A DNA stretch of 64,000 nucleotides from positions 705 through 64,704 of the forward strand of contig JAUVDN010000002.1 of assembly GCA_030595325.1 (NCBI GenBank), given 5' to 3'. Made by a program: the position numbers and the translations under genes. Source of the DNA: Gammaproteobacteria bacterium (GTDB taxonomy: Bacteria > Pseudomonadota > Gammaproteobacteria > SZUA-229). The notes beneath the pieces were generated by a model. The model did no database searches, was not told the DNA's origin, and worked only from the letters and a program-made list of their open reading frames with translations. Shown here in pieces: positions 40,937-51,391 of this stretch (positions within the stretch are counted from its first letter, which is position 1; every line of letters starts with the position of its first letter).

Positions 40937-43710
40937 GGTAAATCTTCAGCTTGCTCATTATTAATTTTAAAATGGGCTACATTTTGAATTGCGTTTAGTA
41001 ATAACGGGATTTCTTTTTCATTATCAAATTTTATATTCTGCATTAAAAAATTTTCTATGCGACTGCTGACCTCCTTCAATTCTGTGGTTCCACAACACCG
41101 GCTGGCACCATGTAATTTATGCACCTGATTACGTAGCTCGGTAAGGTCATTGTTGTCTGCAGCAGAAATGATAGCCTTTCTGTAATTGTCCAGCTCTGCT
41201 CTAAGCATGCCAAACAATTCATAGGCCAGTTCCTTATTATTACCGGTGAATTCTTTTGCGAGTTCGATTGAAAATATTGAGTTTTCAATAATTTCTGCGC
41301 TCTCATTGTTATTAACTTCTAAAGATTTACTTGTATTTATCGGTTCTTTTAATACCCATTGTTCAATAACCTTTTGGAATATGTTGTCATTGACGGGTTT
41401 TATCAATATGCCATTCATTCCAGATTGAATAACTTTTTCTTTCTCCTGTGGCATCGCATTTGCAGTTAGTGCAATTATTACGGGCTGGTTACCCGGTGTG
41501 GTTTCACGAATTTTTTGTGTTGTCTCGTAGCCGTCTAATCCAGGCATATGCAGGTCCATAAAAATCAAATCATATGAGTTCAGGTTTGCAAAGTTGATGG
41601 CTTGAGCACCGGAATGAGCGGTTGTCACTCGTGCTTTATGTTTGTGCAATATGATTTCTGCTAAGCGCAAATTAACATCGTTATCATCGACGATCATGAT
41701 GTTAATATTTGACCAGTTGTTAGAAGTATCGCTTACCTCATTGCTGGTATCTATGCCAGACTCTTCAGTTTCTTTATCAAGTGAGTTGATGAGTTTTTGT
41801 TTGATGATTTCAACTTTTTCAGAGGTGAATGCGGCATTATTGAAAAGGTGCTGATGTAGATTTCTTAATTCACTGTGTGAGCGTGTGCTGGCAACCAAAA
41901 GTGATGGTTTGGTTAAGCTGAACTCGCCTATATGAGTAGTTGTTATACTGTTTATTTCTTTACTGCTTACAAACGTGACGATGATGTCGTTTTCACTTTC
42001 AATTTCTGCAAGATTTTGCATATTGTCTAGAGAATAGTTATTTACTGTACATCCCCAACTGTTAAATAATGTTTTATATGTCTGCTGTGCAATGAAGTGA
42101 TTGCTGATAAAGGCGACATTTTTTCCATATAGTTCCGAATTTTTCTTTTCAGAAATTTCACCTTTAATCGGTACGCTGAACCAGAAGGTAGAGCCTTCGC
42201 CTTCGGTACTGTCGAAACCAATTTCACCATGCATCAGCATGGTAAGTTTTCTTGAGATTACCAGACCTAGTCCTGTGCCGCCAAAACGTCGTGTAATGCT
42301 GGTGTCGGCTTGGGTAAAAGCTTTGAATAGTCTCTTTTTAACCGTACTGCTCATGCCGAGTCCGGTATCAGAGACGGTGAATTTAATACTGTTTTCGGTG
42401 TTGCCGAGTTCACCTTTGGCTACTTGTAAGTATACATAGCCGCTATCGGTAAATTTTATTGAATTGCCAATAAGATTAGTAATAATCTGGTGGATTCTAA
42501 ATGGATCGGAATGAATGATTGTCGGGACATTAGCTTCAATGCGGTAAAACAGTTCAATATTTTTCTCTAATGCACTGGTGCTAAGAAGATTGATGATGTC
42601 CTCGATAATATCGATTAAATTAAACTGGCTGGTAGCTATCTCAGTTTTACCGGCTTCAATTTTTGAGAGATCAAGGACATCATTAATAATTGCTAATAAA
42701 TGTTTTGAAGACTTATGAATGGTGCTCGAGTAATCTTTTTGTTGTGATGAAAGTTTTGTGTCTTGAAGCAACTCAGTAAATCCGATGATCCCGCTGAGAG
42801 GGGTTCTTATCTCATGACTCATGTTAGCTAGAAACTCTGATTTGGCATTATTGGCATAGATAGCTTTAGATCGAGTGATATCCAGTTCTGCGTTTCTTAT
42901 CTCTAATTCTTCGAGTGTTTGCTGTAACTCTTCTGTGTAAACATTTAACTGGGTTTCCATGTCTGTGCGCGAATCTTTTAATTCGATTCTCATGTGATTA
43001 ATGCAGGACTCTAGAATGCCGAGGTCACCAGTAGAATTACGGTCTATCTGAGTGTCTAAATCACCTGCTGATATATTTCTGACGGTATGTGTCAGGGATT
43101 TTATCGGTTTTGTGATATAGCTGCTGATTCGCAAAGTAACCAGTGTTGTTAATAGTAGCAGAGCTAGAGTTATCAATGTGCTGTGTTCTATCTGTTCTAT
43201 TTTTTTTTCAGTGGCATGCTGAGTGGAAATAGTAATGATAACTTTTCCAATCTCATTTGTTGTATTGCTAATCGAAGATCTGTTTGCAAGATTGTTATTG
43301 CCTGGATCTACTTCCACATGTTCTGTGATAATGGGCTCACTGAAAATAAGAGTGTTTTTATTACTAAATAACACTTTCAGTATGGAGTCATTTTTTTCCT
43401 CGAATTTTTCAGGAGAGCTTATGTCCAGGATGTTGTTGTAATACTTATCAAGTATTTGAATGCGGAGGACAGGATTGTTTTTTATGATAGTGGCAACTAA
43501 GGGTTCGATTAGCTCCGTATTGCCTGAGTAAACTGCGTATTCTGCAGCTGGAGATAACTGTTTTGCAATGAGGGTGCCGTTTTTATTAAGAGAATCTGAT
43601 ATGAAATCGAACTGATCCCAGATGTAATGTGTTGACAAGATGCTGGCAACGACGAGTGCGGGCAGAACTGCAATGATGATTATCTGTTTGTTTATACTTA
43701 GTCGTATCAT
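40933..43710 (-). CDS. Hybrid sensor histidine kinase/response regulator (periplasmic sensor, HAMP, HisKA, HATPase, REC, HPt)
   Basis: H-box SHEIRTPL, an ATPase domain, a receiver domain (IMIVDDNDVNL...DLIFMDLHMPGLDG) and a C-terminal HPt (HKLHGASRCCG). Confidence 0.85.
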   Translation of the reverse strand: MIRLSINKQIIIIAVLPALVVASILSTHYIWDQFDFISDSLNKNGTLIAKQLSPAAEYAVYSGNTELIEPLVATIIKNNPVLRIQILDKYYNNILDISSPEKFEEKNDSILKVLFSNKNTLIFSEPIITEHVEVDPGNNNLANRSSISNTTNEIGKVIITISTQHATEKKIEQIEHSTLITLALLLLTTLVTLRISSYITKPIKSLTHTVRNISAGDLDTQIDRNSTGDLGILESCINHMRIELKDSRTDMETQLNVYTEELQQTLEELEIRNAELDITRSKAIYANNAKSEFLANMSHEIRTPLSGIIGFTELLQDTKLSSQQKDYSSTIHKSSKHLLAIINDVLDLSKIEAGKTEIATSQFNLIDIIEDIINLLSTSALEKNIELFYRIEANVPTIIHSDPFRIHQIITNLIGNSIKFTDSGYVYLQVAKGELGNTENSIKFTVSDTGLGMSSTVKKRLFKAFTQADTSITRRFGGTGLGLVISRKLTMLMHGEIGFDSTEGEGSTFWFSVPIKGEISEKKNSELYGKNVAFISNHFIAQQTYKTLFNSWGCTVNNYSLDNMQNLAEIESENDIIVTFVSSKEINSITTTHIGEFSLTKPSLLVASTRSHSELRNLHQHLFNNAAFTSEKVEIIKQKLINSLDKETEESGIDTSNEVSDTSNNWSNINIMIVDDNDVNLRLAEIILHKHKARVTTAHSGAQAINFANLNSYDLIFMDLHMPGLDGYETTQKIRETTPGNQPVIIALTANAMPQEKEKVIQSGMNGILIKPVNDNIFQKVIEQWVLKEPINTSKSLEVNNNESAEIIENSIFSIELAKEFTGNNKELAYELFGMLRAELDNYRKAIISAADNNDLTELRNQVHKLHGASRCCGTTELKEVSSRIENFLMQNIKFDNEKEIPLLLNAIQNVAHFKINNEQAEDLP

Positions 43711-44723
43711 AGCGACTCGTCTAGTTTTATTATTCCGGCTTGCATGATATCGTTTTTCAATTTATCGATATCCGGAATGTTAATATTTAATGCTCTGGAA
43801 ACCTGTTTATTGATATTTATATCAAAATAATCCGGGTAATTAATTTGTTTTGAAAATTGGTTTCCAGTGTCGAAGTATTGCTTTATGAGTTTGACTGCGC
43901 TCTGTGCAATTTGCTCTGTATTGCTATTCACCGAAGCGAGTGCGCCAGCATTTACAAAATTCTTTGAGAATCCTATAACGGGTTTTCTGAATCGATAACT
44001 GGTCAGCAAGATATTTTTTATATTTTTTCTGTTGTAGATAGTGCTGTCAGGGTGAGCGAGCAAAACATCTGAGTGGTTTAGCGCATGTTTTATTTTAGCT
44101 GTCAGGTTCTCATTAACTGTCGTACTTATTATGTATGTTTTAATATCATATCTGTTGGCGCATTGTTGTATTGTTTTGGTATCAACAGGTTTGCTCTGGC
44201 TGTTTAGAATGCTGATGGTTTTCCAGTCTTGACTGAAATGTTTGATAAATCCTATCTGTCTGCAAAAGGGTTGAGTCATGTACAGGATGGCGTCGTTTTT
44301 ATTTCGACTTTTGTCTAGTTTGTATTTATGAGGATTAGTAGAGATAAATAATTTTTTTATTTCAGGGTATTTCTTATCGGCACTAAGTATTCCGTCTAGC
44401 CCGATGCCAATTATTATATCGGTCTTACTGTCTACAGCATCTATTGTATCTTCAGGTCGTACTTCGGAAGCAACCACGTTTGCACTTTTAAGATTTGAAT
44501 CATTTAATATATTACTGATGATGCTTCTGTGATAAGGATTGCCTGATGATGAAAGAATGAATACATTATGTGTTAGCGGCTTCTTTTCATCTGTGGCTGT
44601 ATTATTACCCTGGACGTCAGCATGTATATTCTGCGGAAGAATTGTGACAAGCAACAGGAGACAACTAAACAAGCGGAATAACTTGTTTAGTTGAAGAACT
44701 CCTTGTTCACTAATGCGTATCAT
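43707..44723 (-). CDS. Periplasmic substrate-binding-like protein (ABC-type uncharacterised periplasmic component), sensor partner
   Basis: A signal peptide on a protein of about 340 aa. It has a 4-bp ATGA overlap with the downstream hybrid kinase gene. Confidence 0.5.
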   Translation of the reverse strand: MIRISEQGVLQLNKLFRLFSCLLLLVTILPQNIHADVQGNNTATDEKKPLTHNVFILSSSGNPYHRSIISNILNDSNLKSANVVASEVRPEDTIDAVDSKTDIIIGIGLDGILSADKKYPEIKKLFISTNPHKYKLDKSRNKNDAILYMTQPFCRQIGFIKHFSQDWKTISILNSQSKPVDTKTIQQCANRYDIKTYIISTTVNENLTAKIKHALNHSDVLLAHPDSTIYNRKNIKNILLTSYRFRKPVIGFSKNFVNAGALASVNSNTEQIAQSAVKLIKQYFDTGNQFSKQINYPDYFDININKQVSRALNINIPDIDKLKNDIMQAGIIKLDESL

Positions 44724-44740
44724 ATTTAATAATCTAATGA

Positions 44741-46831
44741 TTAAAAGTTCAGTCTGAAATCCAGATAAGCCAGTGTCGTATGGATTACATTTGGTGCAGT
44801 GTTGCTACTGGGGGTCTCCTGATAGTCGCTATAATCATCGAGCAAGTTTCTTAAGATGAGGGAAATGCTTCCATTGCTTTTATTAAAACGAAGGTTTCTT
44901 GATAGTTTTAAATCCAGAGTGCTGTAATCATCAGTGCCGCCACGTGAATCGGTCCATTTAAATGCTTCAACATAGTAATAGGCAATACTGCCACTATAAT
45001 TTTCATTGAACTGTTTGCTAGTTAAAAACGAAAAGCTATGTTGCGGCGCAGACGTTGCGATTGAAGTATTGTTACTATTCAAGTTAATGATAGCGCCGCT
45101 TGCTATTGCCCTCAGTGTCCTGTCAATACGGTAATCCAGCTCTAACTCTAAACCAGTAGTTGTACTTTCAATTTCATTTTGAAAGACTCTGACTGTGTTA
45201 CCTTTGCTAGGGTCGGTAAGATCATTTGGTACGTTGTCTTGATCATTAAATGCAGTAGCGTCCTCTTGGACGGTATCGATGAAGTCATTGATATCATCAT
45301 GAAACAGTCTGGCATTAAATAATAATGAAGAATTTAGGTAGTTACCAAAGTAAGCGATTTCTCGACTGATTATGCGTTCATTTGTTAGACCTAAACCTGA
45401 GTTGAGACCACCAATAAATGGCTGATCAACTAAGGTAATTATTGTAGGCGGACTTAGAAGTGTTGCTTCCTTTGTGTAGACCCTGTCAGCTTTTGCTTCA
45501 AAAATAAATGGGCTGCGTATAGCCTGGCTGATGCCTAATCGAACACTGTGTTGTTGATTAAAGCTATGCGTATAGGAGATTCGCGGTGAAATTTCAGTAT
45601 CAGTAAAGTCGTTTTTTTCTACCAGAGCACCGATATTAATGATGTTACTCTGATTGATGTGCCATTCGCCATTAGCAAATGCGCGGTACTGATTGTTGGT
45701 TACATCGTCATCGGTGCCTAGGTAGAGCGGTGCTTCAACGATATCTGCCTGCGCGCTTAATCCCCAGACTATTTTAAGTGAATCAATTGGATTGAAAAAA
45801 TGTGTGAGTTCTAGGTTATGACGTTCGGCTTTAATGCTGTCGTTGAAGTCGAGGTCGAATGTATCAAAGCCAGAAATGGCTATGTCATTGATTCGGTATT
45901 GATCATCTTTGTCGTTAAGGTTGTAATAATATTGCAGTTGTATAGTGTTATCCTGATTTATGGATCTTTCCCATTTGATGAACTGGAATAGACTAATATT
46001 CTCTACCGTTCGTGCTGATGGGATTAGGCCGTCATAGTTTTGATCTGTATCTTGCTTGTTTATGCCGTAGCCGCCCTGGTATGAAAGTGAGCTGTTATTG
46101 TCTATCTGGTAATCGAGGCGGTAGTCAATATTGTTACTCATCACGTCATCGGGGTAGTCAAAGCTGTTGTCGCTATTGAGGCCTGAGTCGTTATAACTCG
46201 ACCCTGTGATTCGATAATCTAGCTTTCCGTTACTGCCGCCATAACGGTAGGTAAGGTCAGCTATATCATTATTGCCAATATTAGACTGTACGTACGAACC
46301 CTGATCTTCAGCGGCAGTTCGAGTGATGATGTTAATTGCTGCCTGAAAACTGTTGGAGCCGTAGGTGGCAACGTTGGGTCCGCGGGAAACCTCAATACGC
46401 TCGATGTCGTTTATATTAACCGGTACTGCTTTCCAGTTGATGCCGCCTAAGAATGGGTCATAGACAGAACGGCCATCGATTAGTACCTGCATCTGTTTGG
46501 AAAATTCATCGCTGTGACCGTGATAGGCAACGACATATTTAGGTTCTGAACCAAATTCGTTGCCGCTGTAACCCACCTGCATGCCGGGAACAAGGCGTAA
46601 GACTTCGGGGATATTTCTAGCGCCGGATGCTTCGATAGTTTCACGGTCGATAACTGTAATGCTTACCGCGGCATCAGCAATCGGTTGCTCAAGGCGGTTA
46701 GCAGAGAGAACGATGGGCATGTCGAAAAATAGCTCATCTTCTGATGCGTATGCCGATATGGAGCTAAGTGATAGCGAAAAACCGAGTAGGTAATTAATAA
46801 ATCGGTAATTAATTCTTGGCATGAATTTCAC
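44741..46831 (-). CDS. TonB-dependent outer-membrane receptor
   Basis: Signal peptide, an N-terminal plug region, a 696-aa beta-barrel-rich sequence, and a C-terminal aromatic residue (…FRLNF). Confidence 0.85.
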   Translation of the reverse strand: MKFMPRINYRFINYLLGFSLSLSSISAYASEDELFFDMPIVLSANRLEQPIADAAVSITVIDRETIEASGARNIPEVLRLVPGMQVGYSGNEFGSEPKYVVAYHGHSDEFSKQMQVLIDGRSVYDPFLGGINWKAVPVNINDIERIEVSRGPNVATYGSNSFQAAINIITRTAAEDQGSYVQSNIGNNDIADLTYRYGGSNGKLDYRITGSSYNDSGLNSDNSFDYPDDVMSNNIDYRLDYQIDNNSSLSYQGGYGINKQDTDQNYDGLIPSARTVENISLFQFIKWERSINQDNTIQLQYYYNLNDKDDQYRINDIAISGFDTFDLDFNDSIKAERHNLELTHFFNPIDSLKIVWGLSAQADIVEAPLYLGTDDDVTNNQYRAFANGEWHINQSNIINIGALVEKNDFTDTEISPRISYTHSFNQQHSVRLGISQAIRSPFIFEAKADRVYTKEATLLSPPTIITLVDQPFIGGLNSGLGLTNERIISREIAYFGNYLNSSLLFNARLFHDDINDFIDTVQEDATAFNDQDNVPNDLTDPSKGNTVRVFQNEIESTTTGLELELDYRIDRTLRAIASGAIINLNSNNTSIATSAPQHSFSFLTSKQFNENYSGSIAYYYVEAFKWTDSRGGTDDYSTLDLKLSRNLRFNKSNGSISLILRNLLDDYSDYQETPSSNTAPNVIHTTLAYLDFRLNF

Positions 46832-46939
46832 AATAAGTATTATTTAGATAAAGAGGTAAGTGGGATTTAAGGTAATATATCGACACAGGTTACAGTAACA
46901 TAATCAGTATCACTGATTAAAAAAAATTATAGCAAAATA

Positions 46940-47839
46940 ATGAATGAAATGAAGTTCTTAACGCTTGCCGATACCATCGGAAACACACCTTTAGTCTGCT
47001 TGCAGCGCATGCTGCCAAACAGCTCAAATAGTATCCTGCTGAAACTGGAAGGTAATAATCCTGCCGGCTCAGTAAAAGATCGTCCTGCTCTAAACATGAT
47101 TACTCAGGCGCAAAATCGTGGTGATATTAAACCAGGTGATACCCTGATTGAAGCGACCAGTGGTAACACGGGTATAGCGCTTGCTATGGCAGCGGCGGTA
47201 ATGGGTTATCGAATGATATTGATCATGCCAGACAATATGAGTGAGGAGCGCCGGGCAGCGATGAAAGCATACGGCGCTGAATTAATCTCTGTGACACAAG
47301 AACAGAGTATGGAGGGCGCTCGTGACCTGGCATTGCAGATGCAGGATGACGGCAAAGGTACAGTATTGGATCAATTTAATAATCCAGACAACCCTGATTC
47401 GCATTATCTATCTACAGGGCCGGAAATCTGGCAACAGACGGGCGGTGAGGTAACGCATTTTGTCAGTGCAATGGGTACTACGGGTACCATCATGGGCGTC
47501 TCACGTTATTTAAAAGAGCAGAATCCGGCGATACAGATTGTCGGCGTGCAGCCTGAAGAAGGATCAAGAATACCGGGCATACGCCGTTGGCCTGAAGCAT
47601 ATATGCCCGGTATCTTTGATGCCGCCGGTGTCGATCTAACGTTGGATGTTAATCAGCAGGAAGCCGAGGAAACAACACGGTTACTGGCGGCAAAAGAAGG
47701 CTTGTTCTGTGGCGTCTCATCAGGTGGCGCTTGTGCGGCGGCATTAAAACTTAGTCAGCAGGTTGAGGATGCCATTATTGTATCGATAGTCTGTGACCGA
47801 GGTGACCGATATCTTTCTACGGGTGTTTTTCCCGGCTGA
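46940..47839 (+). CDS. cysM: Cysteine synthase B
   Basis: Near-collinear with E. coli CysM (IGNTPLV.LQRM...LKLEGNNPAGSVKDR...EATSGNTGIALAM...CDRGDRYLSTGVF). Confidence 0.9.
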   Translation: MNEMKFLTLADTIGNTPLVCLQRMLPNSSNSILLKLEGNNPAGSVKDRPALNMITQAQNRGDIKPGDTLIEATSGNTGIALAMAAAVMGYRMILIMPDNMSEERRAAMKAYGAELISVTQEQSMEGARDLALQMQDDGKGTVLDQFNNPDNPDSHYLSTGPEIWQQTGGEVTHFVSAMGTTGTIMGVSRYLKEQNPAIQIVGVQPEEGSRIPGIRRWPEAYMPGIFDAAGVDLTLDVNQQEAEETTRLLAAKEGLFCGVSSGGACAAALKLSQQVEDAIIVSIVCDRGDRYLSTGVFPG

Positions 47840-47921
47840 TAGTGTGAAATTCACCGTTTATCTATAAAATTTTCTTAGCATTACTTTAAAGAATGTAAGA
47901 GCAAAAATTCAGAGTAAAAAT

Positions 47922-49292
47922 ATGTCCACTAAAAGAGGAAGGCGACGTAAAAAACGTTTGCCCGAAGAACTTGTTGAAGTTGAAATTACTGCCATGTCGA
48001 GCGAGGGCAGAGGTATCGCCCATGTTAATGAGCGCACCGTATTTATCGATCAGGCACTTTTGGGCGAACGTGTTTTATTCAAATATACTCGCTTGACTAG
48101 CAAAATTGCGGAGGGTGGAGCAGTAGAAGTATTGCAGGCATCGGATTTGCGCGTTGAGCCTAAGTGCGATGCTTTTAAGATGTGTGGTGGCTGTAGTCTG
48201 CAGCACATGTCATCTACTGCACAAATTGAGCTTAAGCAAGCAATGTTACTGGACCAGCTAAAGCACAACGAAGTGTCGCCTGAGTCAGTGCTGCCGCCCT
48301 TGCTAGGCCCAGAATACGGCTACCGAACTAAAGCACGGCTGGGTGTTCGCTACGTACACAAAAAAGAAAAAGTACTGGTTGGCTTTCGTGAACGTAACGC
48401 ATCTTTCATCACAGAGACCACACGCTGTGAAGTTTTGCATGCTTCAGTGGGTGAGATTATTGACGACCTCGCGCAATGTATAAATCAGATGGAAGCAAAG
48501 CGTAGTATTGCGCAGATTGAAGTTGCAGTGGGTGATAACCAAACAGTATTAGTGTTTCGTCACCTGGAAGATTTGTCTGATGGTGACAGAAAAATTCTGA
48601 CTGAATGCTGTGATGCACATTCGCTAGTCTGTTATCTACAGGCAGGTAAACCGGATGATCTGGAATTACTTACGCCGAAGCAGGCTGAAACACTTTACTA
48701 TTATCTGCCGACACATGATGCATCTAATGGTGAGGCAGCAAAGAAAGATTTGAAAATTGAATTTCAGCCCTCTGACTTTACCCAGGTTAATCCTGAGATA
48801 AATAAACAGATGGTTCTGAATGCGATCGATTATCTTGATCTAAAAGAATCCGATGTGGTGCTGGATCTGTTCAGTGGTCTCGGCAATTTTTCACTGGCGA
48901 TGGCGCGACACTGTCAGCAAGTAACAGCAGTTGAAGGCTCGTTGGTGATGGTGAAAAAAGCGCGTGACAATGCAGTGTTAAATGATGTCAATAATGCTGA
49001 ATTTATTTTTGCAGATTTATACAGTGATGAAATTTTATCTGCACCTTGGTTAAAGAAGAAATACGATAAAATTTTATTGGATCCACCTCGCTCAGGTGCG
49101 GCAGAAATATTACCAGCATTGAAAAAAATGCAGGCTTCAAGAATTGTTTATGTCTCCTGCCATCCAGCGACTCTGGCACGCGATGCTGCTGTACTGGTTA
49201 ACGATTTAGGTTATAAGTTAAAGCAGGCGGGCATAATGAATATGTTTCCACATACCGGGCATGTTGAATCGATTGCGGTATTTGAAAGGTAA
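47922..49292 (+). CDS. rlmD: 23S rRNA (uracil1939-C5)-methyltransferase RlmD (RumA)
   Basis: TRAM domain, a Cys cluster (CGGCSLQHM) and a SAM-methyltransferase C-terminus. The basic N-terminal tail matches the E. coli RlmD pattern. Confidence 0.85.
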   Translation: MSTKRGRRRKKRLPEELVEVEITAMSSEGRGIAHVNERTVFIDQALLGERVLFKYTRLTSKIAEGGAVEVLQASDLRVEPKCDAFKMCGGCSLQHMSSTAQIELKQAMLLDQLKHNEVSPESVLPPLLGPEYGYRTKARLGVRYVHKKEKVLVGFRERNASFITETTRCEVLHASVGEIIDDLAQCINQMEAKRSIAQIEVAVGDNQTVLVFRHLEDLSDGDRKILTECCDAHSLVCYLQAGKPDDLELLTPKQAETLYYYLPTHDASNGEAAKKDLKIEFQPSDFTQVNPEINKQMVLNAIDYLDLKESDVVLDLFSGLGNFSLAMARHCQQVTAVEGSLVMVKKARDNAVLNDVNNAEFIFADLYSDEILSAPWLKKKYDKILLDPPRSGAAEILPALKKMQASRIVYVSCHPATLARDAAVLVNDLGYKLKQAGIMNMFPHTGHVESIAVFER

Positions 49293-49697
49293 AGGTTTGT
49301 TTTGTTGTAGTTAGGTAACAATATAAGCCTTATTGTCGAAAATGCTTACAAAAAATTACTTGTAAATTCAATCTAAAAATAACTCTCGTTGTATATCTAA
49401 ACCTGGCGCGTGCAGAATGGTTTTACGGACGTAGAAAGAAAACTGTTTGCGCTATTCTGGACGGACTTGAGATTGATGAACAACACATCGGTCTGTTGCA
49501 GATTCATGAAGACCTTGGTGTGCGCGCTCATCAGCCTATTCCTTTCTTGAGTCGTACAAACAAACTGAATGCATGGGTTGGCATGTTGTTGCGCAAGTAA
49601 GATAGCCTCTGGGATGGTAATTATCCGTTCCGGTTCTAATATTAACTTTGCCCTGCTTATATTTTAACTCTAAATTTTAAACATAAAATATAGATAC

Positions 49698-49738
49698 AAA
49701 TTTTAGATATTAATTTTAGATATAAATTTTAGATATAA
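49698..49738. repeat. AT-rich 13-bp tandem repeat (AATTTTAGATATA) x3
   Basis: Direct reading shows three tandem copies in the convergent intergenic region. Confidence 0.7.
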
Positions 49739-49779
49739 AGCAATCAACAAAAATATTAGACAAACTGTCTCAGTATAAA

Positions 49780-49795
49780 CCTGAAGCGTTTCAGG
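49780..49795 (-). terminator. Hairpin CCTGAA-gcgt-TTCAGG, 3 nt past the FHA gene stop. Putative terminator.
   Basis: A perfect 6-bp stem. It is followed on the minus strand by TTTATACTG. Confidence 0.4.
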
Positions 49796-49798
49796 TAA

Positions 49799-50509
49799 TC
49801 AGCTCAGCAAGAACCCCATCTTTACGCCGGCAACTTCAATCACGTCACCATCGGCTAACGGGTGTTGTTTACCAATCTCGGTGTCATTGACCAGTGGCAT
49901 CTTTTTATCTTTTCCTGCATCAACTACGATAAGGAAATAACCTTTAGGTCGGCGTGTGATGGCCGCTACTTGAACGCCGGGTCTGCCTAGCGTGGTTAAT
50001 ATCTTCGTCAGCTGTAATTCTTTACCTGTATTGGCGCCAGACATGAGTTTAAGTTTTGCTGGTCCAGGACCGCTTGTTGAGGTGCCAGCAGAGGCGAGGT
50101 CAGCAGCAATTTTGCCAATAGATTTTTCTAGGTCTTTGTCGGCTTCTTCGGTTACCGGCATGCCCTTGGCATCCGGACGTATAATCATGGTTTTTTCGAA
50201 TTCACTCTCGCCATCGTCAGCGTTGGCATTTTCATACTTAAGCTCGTGTTTGCCTATGACGATGCTGTCACCATTTTGCAGAGCATGTTTGGTGATTTTG
50301 CTGCCGGCTATAAAGGTACCATTGGTGCTTCCCAGATCTTCGATGAACGAATCATTTAAGATGGTAAGAATTTTCGCGTGATTACCACTGACGGCAAGAT
50401 TGTCGATATGGATGTCGTTATCAGGTTTGCGCCCGATAGTTAGAATCTCTTTATCAAGTTCGAATTCTTTTACAAAGTCGCCGTTAAAGCTGAGTACTAG
50501 TTTAGCCAT
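49799..50509 (-). CDS. Protein with two FHA domains (N- and C-terminal)
   Basis: N-terminal LTIGRKPDNDIHIDNLAVSGNHAKI...GSTNGTFI and C-terminal TLGRPGVQVAAITRRPKGYFLIVVDAG...LVNDTEI FHA patterns. Confidence 0.75.
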   Translation of the reverse strand: MAKLVLSFNGDFVKEFELDKEILTIGRKPDNDIHIDNLAVSGNHAKILTILNDSFIEDLGSTNGTFIAGSKITKHALQNGDSIVIGKHELKYENANADDGESEFEKTMIIRPDAKGMPVTEEADKDLEKSIGKIAADLASAGTSTSGPGPAKLKLMSGANTGKELQLTKILTTLGRPGVQVAAITRRPKGYFLIVVDAGKDKKMPLVNDTEIGKQHPLADGDVIEVAGVKMGFLLS

Positions 50510-50563
50510 GGTGATTCCTTACAATACATTTTGTATGTATTTTTTATTATAAATGTTTCTATA

Positions 50564-51388
50564 TTAAGAGAATATGTCAAAAAAACGAGAAAACAAGCTA
50601 TTTTTAGCTGGAAATGATTTTATTGGTTTAATGAGTAGGGCAGATATATTGTCTTTTCCGCCATGTTCATTGGCCAATCGAATGATTTCCGTCGCTGCTT
50701 TTTCCAGATCATCATAATTATCAAGCATTGCTGTCTTGATAAGATGATCTTCTATCATATCGGTAACACCATCGGAACATAACAGATAGATATCATCAAC
50801 CATTGCAATATCTTCCTGGATATCGATAACGACGGATGCATCTATACCAATTGCCCGGGTGACCAGGTTTTTATTTAATGAGTTTCTTGCCTGTTCGGGC
50901 GTGTAGAAGCCACGGTCAATCAGCTCCTGCATCAGACTGTGGTCACGTGTCACTTGTTCTAGCTCCATGTCACGCAGACGGTACAACCTTGAGTCGCCAA
51001 CATGTGCAACAGTAAAGCGGTTATCGTAAAACAATGTTACGACGACAGTAGTGCCCATGCCGCGATACTGTGAATTTGCTTCCGAAGAATCGTGTACATT
51101 TTTATTTGCAAGGGTAACGGCTTCGTGAATCAGCAGGCTTTCAACGCTATAACCGGTTTCTTCATCAGTATCCCCGGTTTTAAGCTTTTTGAGTTTTTCA
51201 GAGACGGTATCCAGTACCGTGCTAACGGTAATTGCGCTAGCCATTTCACCGCCACGATGACCACCCATACCGTCAGCGAGAACAGCAAGACCGATACTTT
51301 CCTCACAGCCGATGGCGTCCTCGTTATGATCGCGAACCGAGCCAACGTCTGTTTTCCCGTGCAGAAGTAGTTTTCCTTTTAGACTCAT
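50564..51388 (-). CDS. PP2C-family Ser/Thr protein phosphatase
   Basis: GKTDVGSVRDHNEDA...LADGMGGHRGGEMAS...DNISAL. 274 aa. Confidence 0.85.
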   Translation of the reverse strand: MSLKGKLLLHGKTDVGSVRDHNEDAIGCEESIGLAVLADGMGGHRGGEMASAITVSTVLDTVSEKLKKLKTGDTDEETGYSVESLLIHEAVTLANKNVHDSSEANSQYRGMGTTVVVTLFYDNRFTVAHVGDSRLYRLRDMELEQVTRDHSLMQELIDRGFYTPEQARNSLNKNLVTRAIGIDASVVIDIQEDIAMVDDIYLLCSDGVTDMIEDHLIKTAMLDNYDDLEKAATEIIRLANEHGGKDNISALLIKPIKSFPAKNSLFSRFFDIFS

Positions 51389-51391
51389 GTT

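Noticed and set aside
46832-46939. Cobalamin or TPP riboswitch in front of the TonB-dependent receptor
   Set aside because: The divergent intergenic region is only 108 bp, too short for those aptamers, and no conserved riboswitch core motifs were seen.
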